From: Pelagomonas calceolata
Taxonomy: Eukaryota
Direction of reading: 5' to 3'
DNA: 64,000 nt
NCBI GenBank assembly: GCA_918797485.1
Contig: CAKKNE010000002.1
Coordinates: 5,952,001 to 6,016,000 of the forward strand
Shown: positions 1-10,745 of the stretch, piece by piece
Position numbering within the stretch: the stretch's first letter is position 1
Layout of the letters: every line of letters begins with the position of its first letter
Notes under the pieces: model-generated
Database searches by the model: none
Seen by the model: the letters and a program-made list of their open reading frames with translations, nothing else
What the model was told of the DNA's origin: nothing
Made by a program: the position numbers and the translations under genes

Positions 1-2132
1 CCGCCGCGAGCGCGGCGGAAGCTCGGGAGCAGGCGAGCAATGCGCGCGCCGCGGCGGCCGAGCGCCGGGCGGCGCAAGCGGAGGCGGCGCTCAAAGCTCG
101 GGAGCAGGCGAGCAATGCGCGCGCCGCGGCGGCCGAGCGCCGGGCGGCGCAAGCGGAGGCGGCGCTCGGAGCCGCGAAGCCGGTCGCCGCGGCGGGCGCG
201 CCAGTCTACGCTCCGGGCCAGCGCCCCTCGTGGATGACGCAGGTCGACTGCTCGGCCTACGACTACTCCTGCGCGTCGTCGCGCATGCGCGGCGCCTACG
301 AGGCCTACCCGCTGCACCGGCCGCCGAGCGAGATCTCGGACACGCTGCCGTTGGACGCGGACGGCGGCGCCGCGTTCCGCAAGCGCATTCTCGCGCGGCT
401 CGTCGCGCCGGCCGCGCCGGCCGCGGCGCCGTCGCGACGGTGGTGGCTCGCGGCGACGGCCTCCGACGAGGGCGCCGTACAAGTCTCCAAGGACCCCGAA
501 ACGACGCGGCGAGCGCTGGAGGCGTCGCGATTGACGTCGCTCGACGACCGCCTGCAGGCCGCCGTTTCCTCGGAAGGCGCCGTGCCCGGCTCCACGGTCC
601 TCCCCGCACCGCTCAGCAAGCGCCTGGCCTGGACGATGATGGACAAAAAGTACGCGCACGACATGCTCTTCGACGTCGCGCACATGGCGCGGCACGTCGC
701 CGGCTTCGAGAAGCTCGTCGTGGTCGCGCTGGACGAGCCGACGACGCGCGCCTGCGCCGCGGGCAGCATCAGCGCGGCGTCCGCCGGCGCGTCACAAACC
801 AGTGGAATTCAGGCGTCCGGCAAGATGAAGGGCGTGTCGAATGCATTGGTTGAGGTCGTGCAGGGGGCCAAGTTCAAGGCCTCGCTCTGGTTCGTGCAGA
901 AAGGTTACGACTTTGTGTTCTTCGAGGCCGACGTGTGGTTCACGAAAAGAGTGGATGTGCTCTGGAGCGCCGCGCACCGGGACGTCGTCACTTATCAGGA
1001 GTCGCGCACGCTGCCGTTGGAGGAGGTGGACTTGTACGTCGCGGCGCACCAGAACAATCCAACCTCCACAAACATCGGCGTCTACGCCGCGCGCGCGACG
1101 GACGCGTCCCGCGAGTTCTTTTCGGGCTTGCTCGAGGAGATGCGGCTGAAGCCCGGCAAGCACGACCAGTTGTTGTTTCACAATTTGTTGACGTGGCACC
1201 GCATGAAGCCGTCGCAGCCCGTCCCCGGGGACTGGGGCGACGCTCCGAAGGTACCGAGACCGACGAACCCGGCGGCCTGGGCGTTCATCGACAACCACCA
1301 GGGCGTGGCCTCGACGCACCCGATCATCACGCAGGACACGGCCTTCGTCCACACCCTGGGCAACGTCCCGTTAGATTCCCAGGAGGGCAAGAAGATCCAG
1401 TCCAAGGAGCTCGGGGCCTGGCACGGGCTCGGGAGTCCCCCGGGGACGCCGTCCTACTACGGTGCTTCGGCGCACGACGGCCGCACGAAATACCTCGCGC
1501 TGGACGGCTCTCCCTTAAACGGCATCTCGCTGTGCGAGCGGGACGGCTACCACAATGGTAGGATAGCGAAGGCGCGCGTGGCCGTTTTATTAGCGTTGGC
1601 CGCGCACACGGGCCGCGTGCTGCTGCTCCCGCGCGTCGTGGTCGACTACCACCAGTACTTTCTGTGGACGTTCCTCGACTTGAAAAGTGTCGGCTACGGC
1701 GTCGAGTGGCGAGAGACGAACTTCCCCTCGAACCCGCGGAGCTGGAAGAACGGCACGCACGCGTTCGGGTCATCGGCGCGCGTGTCGCTCCAGAAGCACG
1801 CCGTGGGGACGATGACCGCCGCGGGGCCGCGGTGGGCGGCACCGCCAAAAGGAGGCGCGTTGGCCGACCTCTTGGCCGCGGCCCTGAAGCCCCACGACGG
1901 CGCGGAGCTGTTGCTGGTCGACCTGGCCTTTGCGGATGAAAGGTTTGTTTCGACTCTGGCGAACTGCGAGTCCGAGCAAGCATGCGAGCGGCGTGGTATT
2001 CCGTGGGAGCTCGTACAACTCTATCGGAAACTGCGGTGGTGCGGGCAATCGATAGACCTCGAGCGGCTCGCGGCCAAGAGCTTCCAGGGGTGGGACTGCT
2101 TCGGCAAGGGGCGCGCGCCGCCGGCCGTGTGA
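1..2132 (+). CDS. Nucleotide-diphospho-sugar transferase (GT77-like), 5' end probably outside the window
   Basis: The frame of ORF 234..2132 is open back to base 3 (AASAAEAREQASNARAAAAERR...). Motif KFKASLWFVQKGYDFVFFEADVWF is a DxD-like motif in the K-x-L-x-G-Y-x-V-x-x-x-D-x-D context, followed by NIGVYAAR and HDQLLF. Confidence 0.7.
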   Translation, partial: AASAAEAREQASNARAAAAERRAAQAEAALKAREQASNARAAAAERRAAQAEAALGAAKPVAAAGAPVYAPGQRPSWMTQVDCSAYDYSCASSRMRGAYEAYPLHRPPSEISDTLPLDADGGAAFRKRILARLVAPAAPAAAPSRRWWLAATASDEGAVQVSKDPETTRRALEASRLTSLDDRLQAAVSSEGAVPGSTVLPAPLSKRLAWTMMDKKYAHDMLFDVAHMARHVAGFEKLVVVALDEPTTRACAAGSISAASAGASQTSGIQASGKMKGVSNALVEVVQGAKFKASLWFVQKGYDFVFFEADVWFTKRVDVLWSAAHRDVVTYQESRTLPLEEVDLYVAAHQNNPTSTNIGVYAARATDASREFFSGLLEEMRLKPGKHDQLLFHNLLTWHRMKPSQPVPGDWGDAPKVPRPTNPAAWAFIDNHQGVASTHPIITQDTAFVHTLGNVPLDSQEGKKIQSKELGAWHGLGSPPGTPSYYGASAHDGRTKYLALDGSPLNGISLCERDGYHNGRIAKARVAVLLALAAHTGRVLLLPRVVVDYHQYFLWTFLDLKSVGYGVEWRETNFPSNPRSWKNGTHAFGSSARVSLQKHAVGTMTAAGPRWAAPPKGGALADLLAAALKPHDGAELLLVDLAFADERFVSTLANCESEQACERRGIPWELVQLYRKLRWCGQSIDLERLAAKSFQGWDCFGKGRAPPAV
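19..167 (+). repeat. In-frame tandem duplication, period 75 bp (25 aa, coiled-coil-like)
   Basis: 19-92 and 94-167 are identical (aagctcgggagcaggcgagcaatg...ggcgctc). Confidence 0.95.
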
Positions 2133-2192
2133 ATTAAGTGATCTAGATTGTCAGTACGGCTCCCCATCACCGGATCTTCTTCTCGGCGACGA

Positions 2193-2813
2193 CTACCGCG
2201 AACCCGTACTCGTCCTATGTCCAAAGGGTGAGCCTCGCGCGAGCGGACGCGACTCCCGACACACACCAAAAAAAAGGCCCACCATACAGCGCGTCCCAGT
2301 GCCCCTCTAAGCAACAGTCAAACCGAGTAGAACGCCGCGGCGTCGGAGGCGTGGCTCGACGGCTCGGCATAGGGCATGGGAGACTAAAATCCGTGACTCG
2401 CCTCTACAGCGCGCGGCCGCTCGCAGATACCCGACGCCAAGATGTTCACCAAACCTTTCAAGACGCACCACAAGCTCGCCGGCGCGCTCGCGTTCGGCCT
2501 CCTTTGCGCCTATGCGTGCGCCGACGACTTCGTCGCGAGACGCGTCAGGGAGATCGCCGGCGAGCACCGGGCGACGGGCCACCAGGCGCTCTCCCGCTAC
2601 GAGGCCCACCAGGGGTCGACGTCCGCGTCTCGAGCCCGCCGTCTTGCACACCGGCCAGCCCGCGCTGCGGCTAGACGACATCTTCCCCGTCGCAGGTCGA
2701 AGCTGACGCATAGGATCGATAGACGTGTTAGCTCGGGAGGCGTGGTCTAAACGCGACAGTCATGCCCAGGCCTCGGCCGTCAAATCTACCGCGACCCCGT
2801 ATTCGTCCTAGGT
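2193..2813 (+). repeat. 28-bp imperfect direct repeats (2193-2220, 2786-2813) bracketing a degenerate intergenic segment
   Basis: ctaccgcgaacccgtactcgtcctatgt vs ctaccgcgaccccgtattcgtcctaggt, 25/28 identical. Confidence 0.75.
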
Positions 2814-2894
2814 ATGGGTCGGCTTGATGTACATCTTCATGTTCCTTTATTTATTTTTGGAGCGAGCGGGTAACCCACTAGATTTTGCCATGAT

Positions 2895-3083
2895 GGGGCG
2901 CGGCTTCCAGAGGCCCGCACTTGTGGGCTAGCGGCCTGTAAGACACTAGCAAGCCATGAGCTGGCGATGAGTCAGTTCGGCAATGAGCCAGTTTGAGGAG
3001 ATCCCGTCCCCGGGACGCGGCTTCCAGGGCTCCCGCGTTAGGAAATCCCGCGTGGGCTAGCGGCCTGTAAGACACTAGCAAGC
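2895..3083 (+). repeat. Two tandem copies of the intergenic element ending in GCTAGCGGCCTGTAAGACACTAG (motifs 2927-2949 and 3056-3078)
   Basis: 2961-3083 is a near reverse complement of ~19694-19816. The upstream partial copy shares cgcggcttccag and the motif. Confidence 0.9.
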
Positions 3084-3198
3084 ATGAGCTCTCGGCAAGT
3101 CTCGCAGGACATAGAGGCTTGTGTCAGGACCACTGCTCATGCGCGACTAGGTTTTGGGGACGCTGCAGGCTACTGGCACAACTGCGCAGCGCCGCAGC

Positions 3199-6100
3199 AT
3201 GGGCAAGAAAACAGCGCGCGGACGCGGCCACCAGGGCGGCCGCAAGCCACCGAAGGGCGCGCGCCGGTTCAAGGGCGGCCGCGTCGCGCCGCGCGCCGAG
3301 CAGCTGCACTTCCCCGACGACGTGCAGGCCGTCGTCTGCGAACTCCTGTGCGATCTGCGCCTGCCGACGACGACGGACATGCTGGCGCGACGGAAGCTGG
3401 AGAAGTATAAGAAGGAGCCGCGCAAGGTCCTCAAAGCGCTCGAGGCGCGGCGCCGCGGCGCGTGTCAGGAGGCATTCGGCGTCGCGCCGCCAACGCCGCC
3501 GCCGGTAAGGAAGGAGGGCCGCGTGCGGCTCAATTTGGCGGCGGAGACCGTGAACTGCAAGAGCGGCAAGCGCTCGCGCGGCGCGGCGCGGTTGCTGGTC
3601 GTCGACCGCGCCGACGACGTGACAAAACTTTTGGCCAAGGCCAAGACGCTCCTGAAGACGAAGAGGGCGCCGCGCGTCGCGTACGTCGCGGACACGGGTC
3701 TGGAGCTGCGCGACACGCGCGGCGTCGAGGACGGGACCCTCGTCTGCGTCTCCGACGACGCGCCGGCCCCGGAGCCCCCGAAGGCTCCGGAGCAGGCCCT
3801 CGAGCTCGGCTCGCCGGCGGCCTGGGACGGCCTCGCGTTGACGGCGACGACGCCGCGCGAGGGGGCCGTCGCTCCGTCGCGCGAGGAGGCCGTCGCTCCG
3901 CCGCGCGAGGAGGCCGTCGCTCCGTTGCCGTCGCCGGCGGAAAACCGCGGCGCGGCGCCCGTGCGGATCGACGCCGGCAGGAAGGCGGCCATGGACGCGA
4001 TCCGCGAGCGCCTGCCGGCGCACGCGTTCCGCGCCCGGATCCTCGACGCCGTCCGCGCGAACCGCGTCGTCGTCGTCGCCGGCGCGACGGGCTGCGGCAA
4101 GTCGACGCAGATCCCGCAGTTTCTGCTGGAGGATGCCGCGGCGCGCGTCGTCGTCACGCAGCCGCGGCGCGTCGCCGCCGTGTCGCTGGCGGAGCGCGTC
4201 CACGGCGAACGCGCCGAGCGGGTGGCGCTGGGCGAGGGCTCCGTGGGCTATAGCGTTCGCTTGGACGTGCGGCGGTCCGCGGCGACGCGGCTGGAGTTCG
4301 TGACGGTGGGCGTGTTGTTGAGGCGGCTCCAGCGGCCCGACGGCCTGGCCGACGTGACGCACGTCGTCGTCGACGAGGCCCACGAGCGGGACGTGCTGAC
4401 GGACTTTTTGCTGGTGGCCCTCAAGACGAAGACGCTGCCCACGACGAGCGTGAAGCTCCTGGTCATGTCCGCGACGCTGGACGCGGGCCTCTTCGCGTCG
4501 TACTTCGGCGGCGCCGCGGCGGTGGAAATCCCGGGCCGGCTGCACCCCGTCCAGCACCGCTTCGCCGACGCCTGCGCGCGGCGCGTCGCCGAGGCGGCGA
4601 CGGGCTCGCGGCGCGCGCGGGACGCCTGGCGGCGCCTCGGCGCCGCGAGGCTCCCGGCCGCGGGCGACGACGGCCTCACGCCGCTCGTCGACGGGCCGCT
4701 GGACGTCGACGCCGTCGCGGCGCTCGTCGCGGCCATCCACGAGACCGACGCCGACGCGTCGAACGCCATTCTATGTTTCGTGCCCGGCGCGGCCGAGGTC
4801 GACAAGCTGTGCCGGGCCGTGGCGCGCGACCTGCGGCGTGCGACGGTCGTGCCCTTGCACGGGTCTCTGCCGCCGCGGGACCAGCGGCGCGCGTTCCAGC
4901 GGCCGCCGAAGGACTCGCGGAAGGTCGTCGTCAGCACGAACGTCGCCGAGACGTCCATCACCATCGACGACGTCGTGCACGTCGTGGACACGGGCCGAGC
5001 GAGAGAAATTCGGTACAACGCGGCGTCGGGCGTCGCGTCGCTGAGCGAGGTGCGCGTGGCCCGGGCGGCGACGACGCAGCGGGCGGGCCGGGCGGGGAGG
5101 GTGAAGCCGGGCACGTGCTGGCACGCGTACCCCGAGGCCGACCTGGGCGTGCTGCCGGCGCACGCAGCGCCGGAGATGCTCCGGACGCCGCTGCAGGACC
5201 TCGTGCTGCAGGTCCTGAAGCTGGGGCTCGGCGGGCCGCGGCAATTTCTTGGGGCGGCGCCCCAGCCCCCGCCGACGCGAGCGGTCGACGCGGCCCTCGA
5301 CGACCTGCTGGCCATCGGGTGCGTCGCGCGCGTAGGCGGCGAGGAGGTTGCCGACGACGACGACGAGTCGTCGAGCGACGACGACGAGAACCCGCACGGC
5401 GACGACGGCGAGCTCTTCTCGTTCAGCAGCGCCATGCTCGCGGAGAGTAGCCACGACGAGGAAGACGACGAGGAGGACGCGCCGATCGAGGACGACCGGT
5501 GGCTCCTCACGCCGCTGGGCGAGCACGTCGCGTCGCTGCCGGTGGACTGCCGCGTCGGCAAGCTGCTGATCTACGGCTGCGTGTTCGGCTGCGCGGACGC
5601 CTGCCTGACGGCCGCGGCGGGCATGTCGCTCGCGCGGGGCCTGTGGCGCGCGCCGCCGCAACTACGAAGGGAGGCGTCGCTCGCCAAGAAGCGGCTCGCC
5701 CAGGGCGACGGCTCGGACCTGCTGGCCGCGGTGCGCGCGCACGAGGCGGCGTCCGCGCTGGACGCCGAGGCGCGGCGGCGGTTTTGTCGAGACCACTTCG
5801 TGGACGAGCGGGCTCTCCAAGAGCTGGGCGGGCTGCGGCGCCAGTTCCGGTCTCATCTCGTGGACGCGGGGCTCCTCGACGCGGACGCTCCGCGACGGCC
5901 GCTGGCGGACGCGCTCGCGCTCGTGAGGGGCTTGTTGGTGGCCGGCCTCAACCCCCACGTCGCGCGCAAGGACCGCGAGGCCCCGGACGCGTCGCTGCGG
6001 TGCAAGGGCAACCAGCGCTGGTGGGTCCACCCGCAGTCCGTCAACTTCGAACTCCTGGGCGGGCGGGGCGACGCGCGGAAGCCGCGGTACGTCGTCTACA

Positions 6101-6399
6101 ACGCCCGGCTGAAGACGTCGAAGCCCTACCTCCTGGACACGTCGCTCGCGTCGCCGGCGGCGCTCTGCCTCTTCGGTGGGTCGTTGCGACGGACGCTCAA
6201 GGGGACGTACCTCGTCCTCGACGGCTGGCTGCCCTTCAAGGCGACGGACCACGCGCAGCTTGCTTTATTGGCGCTGCGGCGCGAGGTCGACGCGCTCGTG
6301 CTCGCGACCGTGGCGGGGCACGCGTCGCGCGCGAGCCTCGCGCCGACGGCGAAGGCCGTCAGGGACGTGCTGGCGCTGCTGGCGTCCGCCGACATGTGA
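3199..6399 (+). CDS. DEAH-box RNA helicase (DHX57/DHX36/DHX29 subgroup)
   Basis: Motifs GATGCGKST, TQPRRVAA, DEAHER, MSAT, TNVAETSITI, QRAGRAGR, then HA2-like (LTPLGEHVASLPVD) and OB-like (VHPQSVN) segments. First ATG at 3199. Confidence 0.95.
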   Translation: MGKKTARGRGHQGGRKPPKGARRFKGGRVAPRAEQLHFPDDVQAVVCELLCDLRLPTTTDMLARRKLEKYKKEPRKVLKALEARRRGACQEAFGVAPPTPPPVRKEGRVRLNLAAETVNCKSGKRSRGAARLLVVDRADDVTKLLAKAKTLLKTKRAPRVAYVADTGLELRDTRGVEDGTLVCVSDDAPAPEPPKAPEQALELGSPAAWDGLALTATTPREGAVAPSREEAVAPPREEAVAPLPSPAENRGAAPVRIDAGRKAAMDAIRERLPAHAFRARILDAVRANRVVVVAGATGCGKSTQIPQFLLEDAAARVVVTQPRRVAAVSLAERVHGERAERVALGEGSVGYSVRLDVRRSAATRLEFVTVGVLLRRLQRPDGLADVTHVVVDEAHERDVLTDFLLVALKTKTLPTTSVKLLVMSATLDAGLFASYFGGAAAVEIPGRLHPVQHRFADACARRVAEAATGSRRARDAWRRLGAARLPAAGDDGLTPLVDGPLDVDAVAALVAAIHETDADASNAILCFVPGAAEVDKLCRAVARDLRRATVVPLHGSLPPRDQRRAFQRPPKDSRKVVVSTNVAETSITIDDVVHVVDTGRAREIRYNAASGVASLSEVRVARAATTQRAGRAGRVKPGTCWHAYPEADLGVLPAHAAPEMLRTPLQDLVLQVLKLGLGGPRQFLGAAPQPPPTRAVDAALDDLLAIGCVARVGGEEVADDDDESSSDDDENPHGDDGELFSFSSAMLAESSHDEEDDEEDAPIEDDRWLLTPLGEHVASLPVDCRVGKLLIYGCVFGCADACLTAAAGMSLARGLWRAPPQLRREASLAKKRLAQGDGSDLLAAVRAHEAASALDAEARRRFCRDHFVDERALQELGGLRRQFRSHLVDAGLLDADAPRRPLADALALVRGLLVAGLNPHVARKDREAPDASLRCKGNQRWWVHPQSVNFELLGGRGDARKPRYVVYNARLKTSKPYLLDTSLASPAALCLFGGSLRRTLKGTYLVLDGWLPFKATDHAQLALLALRREVDALVLATVAGHASRASLAPTAKAVRDVLALLASADM

Positions 6400-7679
6400 G
6401 TCATAGGTCTTGTTTTTGTCCGTTTTTTGTTTTATAGGTGCTAGGACGGCGATCTCCCTGAGAGACAACTACTGGGGCTCCAAGCCAGGTCCGACACCCG
6501 GGGGGGTCTGTCGAACGACCCGACGAGATTCAGACTCGTCCAGCGGGCCGTCGGACCGAAGGGGAGGTTTTGACTTCTCGCATAGGTATGGCTCCTAGTA
6601 GTAGGGGTACTAGTACCCCCCGCGTTTACCGAAGTAAGGTGTCCATTGTTTGTCCGCAGGAGGTCTCTGTTTCCGGAGGCTTCTGACCGCTCCAAACTCC
6701 GGGGATGTGCACTTAACGAGTAGTAGACATCGGTGCGTGGAAGCTCCGCGGCGCCGCCGGCTAATTCCTAGATCTGCACTTGTCCGCGAACGAAAGCGCC
6801 ATGCAGTCGTATGAGTATCGTTCGGTTCGATACTGGTCCAAAGAGATCAATGGGACACTTACTGGGGGGCGAAAAAAATAATTTTTTTAATTCGCGATAT
6901 TGACGGTCCCACCATGACGGCCGCGTCGATGGAATCCTGTACACCGACTTTTGGCTCCGCGAATTCACTAACGCGGCCGACGAGATAAAGAATTCTTCCC
7001 GATCGAGGCGAAACTCGGCCGACGCGCGCGAAGAGGCGGCCGGGCTAGGCGGTGGTCTGTGGCCCGGGGCCGGTGCTGTGTGAGACCTCTCACGGCGCGA
7101 TGGGGCGCTCTTAGCCCTGGGGCGGTCGCCGGTCGGGCCGGGTCGGCGCTACATAATGGATAATTCGCAGGAACTCGGGGGATTGATCCAGCTCGGAGAG
7201 ATACGTCGAAAACCGGTCTCAAACTAGACCGACTACGAACCGACTACATAGGCCTCTCTGGCCTTGATCGTGCGTAGTACCCCGGGGTCACGACCAGACG
7301 ACGCTCGTATCTAGCACTCGTCCCTGGAAGTCCCGAGCCTACCCCCGCGTAATCTCATGACTTCGAACAAACTACACTAAGAAAAGTAGCCCCAGCGGCC
7401 CCCCGCCAAAAAACGACGTAAACAGACCGAAACATTAGCAAGCGCGGCGAAGATAGGTTTTGTCGAGAAGCCGATCGCTAAGACCGCTCCGGGCACCTCC
7501 GGGAGGCATATGTTCTGCCGCGGGGCGCGCCTCAACGCAGGATCAGCGCCTCCCAATTGCGCAAAGCGTCCAAAAACGCTGCCCACAGGCCTCGCGATGG
7601 GTTTGGCAGGAGCGTTGCTATCAAGACGACGGCCAGAGATGCCATAACGCCCCGCGGCGCCAGACAAGCAGCGGCGGCC

Positions 7680-10256
7680 ATGGACTCCACCGAGACGACA
7701 CCGCGGCTCCAGCGGCGCCAGAGCTCCATTGATTTGTTGGCGCGGAGCCAGCGGCGCAGCGCGCGGCCGCCGTCGCGCCTTCGGCGCTGGATGCGAAGGC
7801 TCGCAAGCCTCCGGCGGCTCCGGAGCAAGGACGCGGTCGAGGCGCACGTCAACCTGCGGATGGACCAGGACGCGCGCTGGACCGTGAAGGAGTACCTCCT
7901 GGGGCACGTCGTCGGCCAGTTCGTCATGCTCTTCGTCATCGCCGTGGGCCTGGTCTGGGCGGGCACGCTCGCCTGGATCGCGGCGTGCACGTATCTGACG
8001 CCGCGGCGGCGCGCGAAGACCCCCGACTACAACACCAGCGTGATCCAGGCCCTCTGGTTCTCCTGGGGCGTCTTCTTCGACCCGGGGACGCAGACCGGCA
8101 TCGTGGCGGACGAGTACGTCGCGGTCAAGGTCGTGGCCGTCGCGTTTTCGGTCGTGGGGTTTTTGTTTAACCTCGTGCTCCTGGGGTTGATCGTGGAGCG
8201 GGTCAAGATCTTTCTGGACCGCATGGTCGAGACGTACGGGAAGATCGTGTGCACGAAGCACATTCTGGTGCTGGGCTGGACGGACCGGACGCTGTTTTTG
8301 TTGGGAGAACTGGCGGAAATGGCCCAGGGCAACGCCGCCCAGAAACGGACGACGATCGTCGTCCTGGGCGACCTGTCCCCGGCGGAGCAGCGCGCGGAGA
8401 TCCGGCAGGCCTTTCCGTCGTGGCGGGCGGCGTTTCCCGCGGTCGACGTCGTCTGCCGGCAGGGGAGGGCCTACGAGGTCGAGGACCTCGCCCGGGTCTC
8501 GGCCCAGGCGGCGGACACGCTCGTCATCCTGGGCGCGTCGCGCATCCCGAGGGACGCCGACGCGCAGACCATATCGACCGTGCTGGCCCTGAGGGCGCTC
8601 CCGTCGGCGCCCAAGTCCAAGTTGATCGCCGAGTTCCGCCTGTCGCAGTCGACGCACGTCTTCGATCGCGTCGGCGGCGACCGGAAATTAGTACCCATCC
8701 TCGCGGCGACGGTCGTCGACGCCGCGTTGGTGCGATGCGCGCTCGTCCCGCCCGTGGGCGCCGTGGCGCTGGACCTGTTGTCGTTCGAGGGCCAAAACAT
8801 AGAAATGATCCGCGCCGACAGGGCGGGCTGCGGCGGGCGGACCTTCGAGGACGTCAGGCGGCATTTTCGGACGGCCGTGGTCCTGGGCCTGGCGAGCAAG
8901 GAGAAGAAGAGCGTCGTGCTGGCGCCGCCCGACGACCGCCTCGTCGTGGACGACGACCTCGTCGTGTGCATCGCCGAGGACCAGACGGCGCTCTCCGACA
9001 TTAGCGAGCGCGCGACGCCGAGGGTGACGCCCCAGGACGTGCTGCGGCGGGCGGCGGGGCTCACGGGCCGCCGCCGGCTGGAGACGATCCCCGTGGACGT
9101 GCCGCGCGTCGACGTGGCGCTGGTCGGGTGGAACGACCGGGTCGTGCCGCTGCTCCGGGAGCTCGACCGGCACGTCGCGTCCGGCTCGGTCGTGCACGTC
9201 CTGTCCGAGAGGAGGTTGGACGAGCGGGAGCGCTCGCTGAAGGAGGAGGGGCTGACGCTGAAGGGCGAGTCGGTCTTCCGGGAGGACGACATCGGGCTGC
9301 GGAACGTGACCCTCGACCACGTCGTCGGCTTCGCGACGGACGTCTCTCAGCTCCGGCGGCTGCCGCTCGCGACCCTCGAGGCGGCCATCGTCATGGCCGA
9401 CATTGATCAGAACGCGGTGCAGTCGACGTCCGGCGCGGAGCTGCAGCTGGCCGACTCGGAGACGATCACCTCGACGCTGCTGCTGAGAGATATGCACGAA
9501 CGCTGTCGAGCCAAGGGCAAGGCGGAGTCGCCGCTGGTCATCGTGCCCCAGTTCCTGGACGTGCTGACCACGCGCGTGTTCAAGAGGCATCCCGGTTTGT
9601 TGGAGGAGGAGAGCGACGCCAACGCGATGGTCGGCGAGGACTCGTCCGACGACGACGCCGCGGCGCCCGGGTCGGCCTTTGGTGTGGGGCGGACGCTGTG
9701 CGTGCACCGGAACTTCCTGGAGACCGCGGCGCTGACGTCCTCGGCCTTGTCGATCTACGGCGCGATGGCGCTGCGCGCGCTACTAGGATTGGACGAAGCC
9801 CTGGGTCGACGCGCCGTCGGGCCGCCCCGGCTGCGCGTCGTGCGCTGCGACGCGTGCCTCGAACGGCCGTCGATCCGCCCCCGAGCCTTCGACGACCTCA
9901 ACGACGCCGTGCGACGGAAGTACGGCGCGTTAATGGTCGGGTGCTGTGTGGAAATCAAACCCGTGTGTCGGGTGCTCCGGCATCGCCAGCAGGCGTCGCG
10001 TCGATGGCGTGGAGGACGACGCGACGATTCAGCACGAACGCGCCGTAAAATTTTGATTTCCACACAGGTCGGGTGGTGCCGGCGGAACCGCGAGTCCCAC
10101 GGGCCGGACTACGGCGACCCGGAAGTGAACCCGCCCCGGGGCCGCGCGCTGGCCTGGCGCGGCGACGACCTGCTCGTCGTCGTCACGTCGAGCGGCATCA
10201 TGAAGTCCATCGTCGAGGCGGCGGCGCGCGGCGACGTAGCGGTCAGCGACCTTTAA
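7680..10256 (+). CDS. CASTOR/POLLUX(DMI1)-like cation channel with RCK domains; one intron 9936-10067; ~814 aa
   Basis: TM - pore (ALWFSWGVFFDPGTQ) - TM, then RCK signature HILVLGWTD and a second RCK (VALVGWND). The 132-bp in-frame introner is read through by the raw ORF. Confidence 0.85.
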   Translation: MDSTETTPRLQRRQSSIDLLARSQRRSARPPSRLRRWMRRLASLRRLRSKDAVEAHVNLRMDQDARWTVKEYLLGHVVGQFVMLFVIAVGLVWAGTLAWIAACTYLTPRRRAKTPDYNTSVIQALWFSWGVFFDPGTQTGIVADEYVAVKVVAVAFSVVGFLFNLVLLGLIVERVKIFLDRMVETYGKIVCTKHILVLGWTDRTLFLLGELAEMAQGNAAQKRTTIVVLGDLSPAEQRAEIRQAFPSWRAAFPAVDVVCRQGRAYEVEDLARVSAQAADTLVILGASRIPRDADAQTISTVLALRALPSAPKSKLIAEFRLSQSTHVFDRVGGDRKLVPILAATVVDAALVRCALVPPVGAVALDLLSFEGQNIEMIRADRAGCGGRTFEDVRRHFRTAVVLGLASKEKKSVVLAPPDDRLVVDDDLVVCIAEDQTALSDISERATPRVTPQDVLRRAAGLTGRRRLETIPVDVPRVDVALVGWNDRVVPLLRELDRHVASGSVVHVLSERRLDERERSLKEEGLTLKGESVFREDDIGLRNVTLDHVVGFATDVSQLRRLPLATLEAAIVMADIDQNAVQSTSGAELQLADSETITSTLLLRDMHERCRAKGKAESPLVIVPQFLDVLTTRVFKRHPGLLEEESDANAMVGEDSSDDDAAAPGSAFGVGRTLCVHRNFLETAALTSSALSIYGAMALRALLGLDEALGRRAVGPPRLRVVRCDACLERPSIRPRAFDDLNDAVRRKYGALMVGCCVEIKPVCRVLRHRQQASRRWRGGRRDDSARTRRKILISTQVGWCRRNRESHGPDYGDPEVNPPRGRALAWRGDDLLVVVTSSGIMKSIVEAAARGDVAVSDL
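9936..10067 (+). mobile_element. Introner intron 1 (132 bp, GT-AG)
   Basis: TSD gtcgggtg at 9936-9943 and 10068-10075. TIRs ctgtgtggaaatcaa (9944) ... ttgatttccacacag (10067). Confidence 0.95.
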
Positions 10257-10489
10257 GGTTTCCTCGTCGTTATAAGTATGGTTTATTTCCGGCGTTTGCA
10301 CGGCCGACTCCTCCCCTGCTCTGCTGGAATATTTATACAGAAACCTTATTGCCATTTCGAAGCTCCGGTTGGGCATCCTAAACGAGCAGGGAGCAGGCTT
10401 TTAGGAGCTTGTTCCTTTGTAGGTCTTCCTTAATTTATTGATGTAAATTTATTATTAGATTTTCATCCAGGAGTGTACCATGCCCCGAG

Positions 10490-10745
10490 CTAGTTGCACG
10501 AGGCGTCCGGGTGACACCGCTTCTCGCCGCCGTCGACCAACGCGTCGCCGCTTAGCGCCGGTTCCTTGTACGCGCGCTCGAGCAGGCCCCAGACCGCCGT
10601 CTCGAAGACCTCGAGGGCCTCCCGCTCGCTATGGAACGCGTACGCGCCCACGCGGGCGTGGAACGCGGCGTAGGCGCCGCCGTCGCCCGCGGCGCGCCGC
10701 AGGGGCTCGCGGCGCCGGAGCACGTCCGTCTGGTTCGTGCTCGGC
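10490..10745 (-). pseudogene. 5'-truncated coding fragment of unknown family
   Basis: Coding-like codon usage (TDVLRRREPL...EALEVFETAVWGLLERAYKE) with no ATG, embedded in AT-richer intergenic DNA. Confidence 0.4.

Noticed and set aside
2927..3078. CRISPR-like array from the repeated 23-bp motif
   Set aside because: Copies are dispersed, spacing is irregular, there are no cas genes and the context is eukaryotic.
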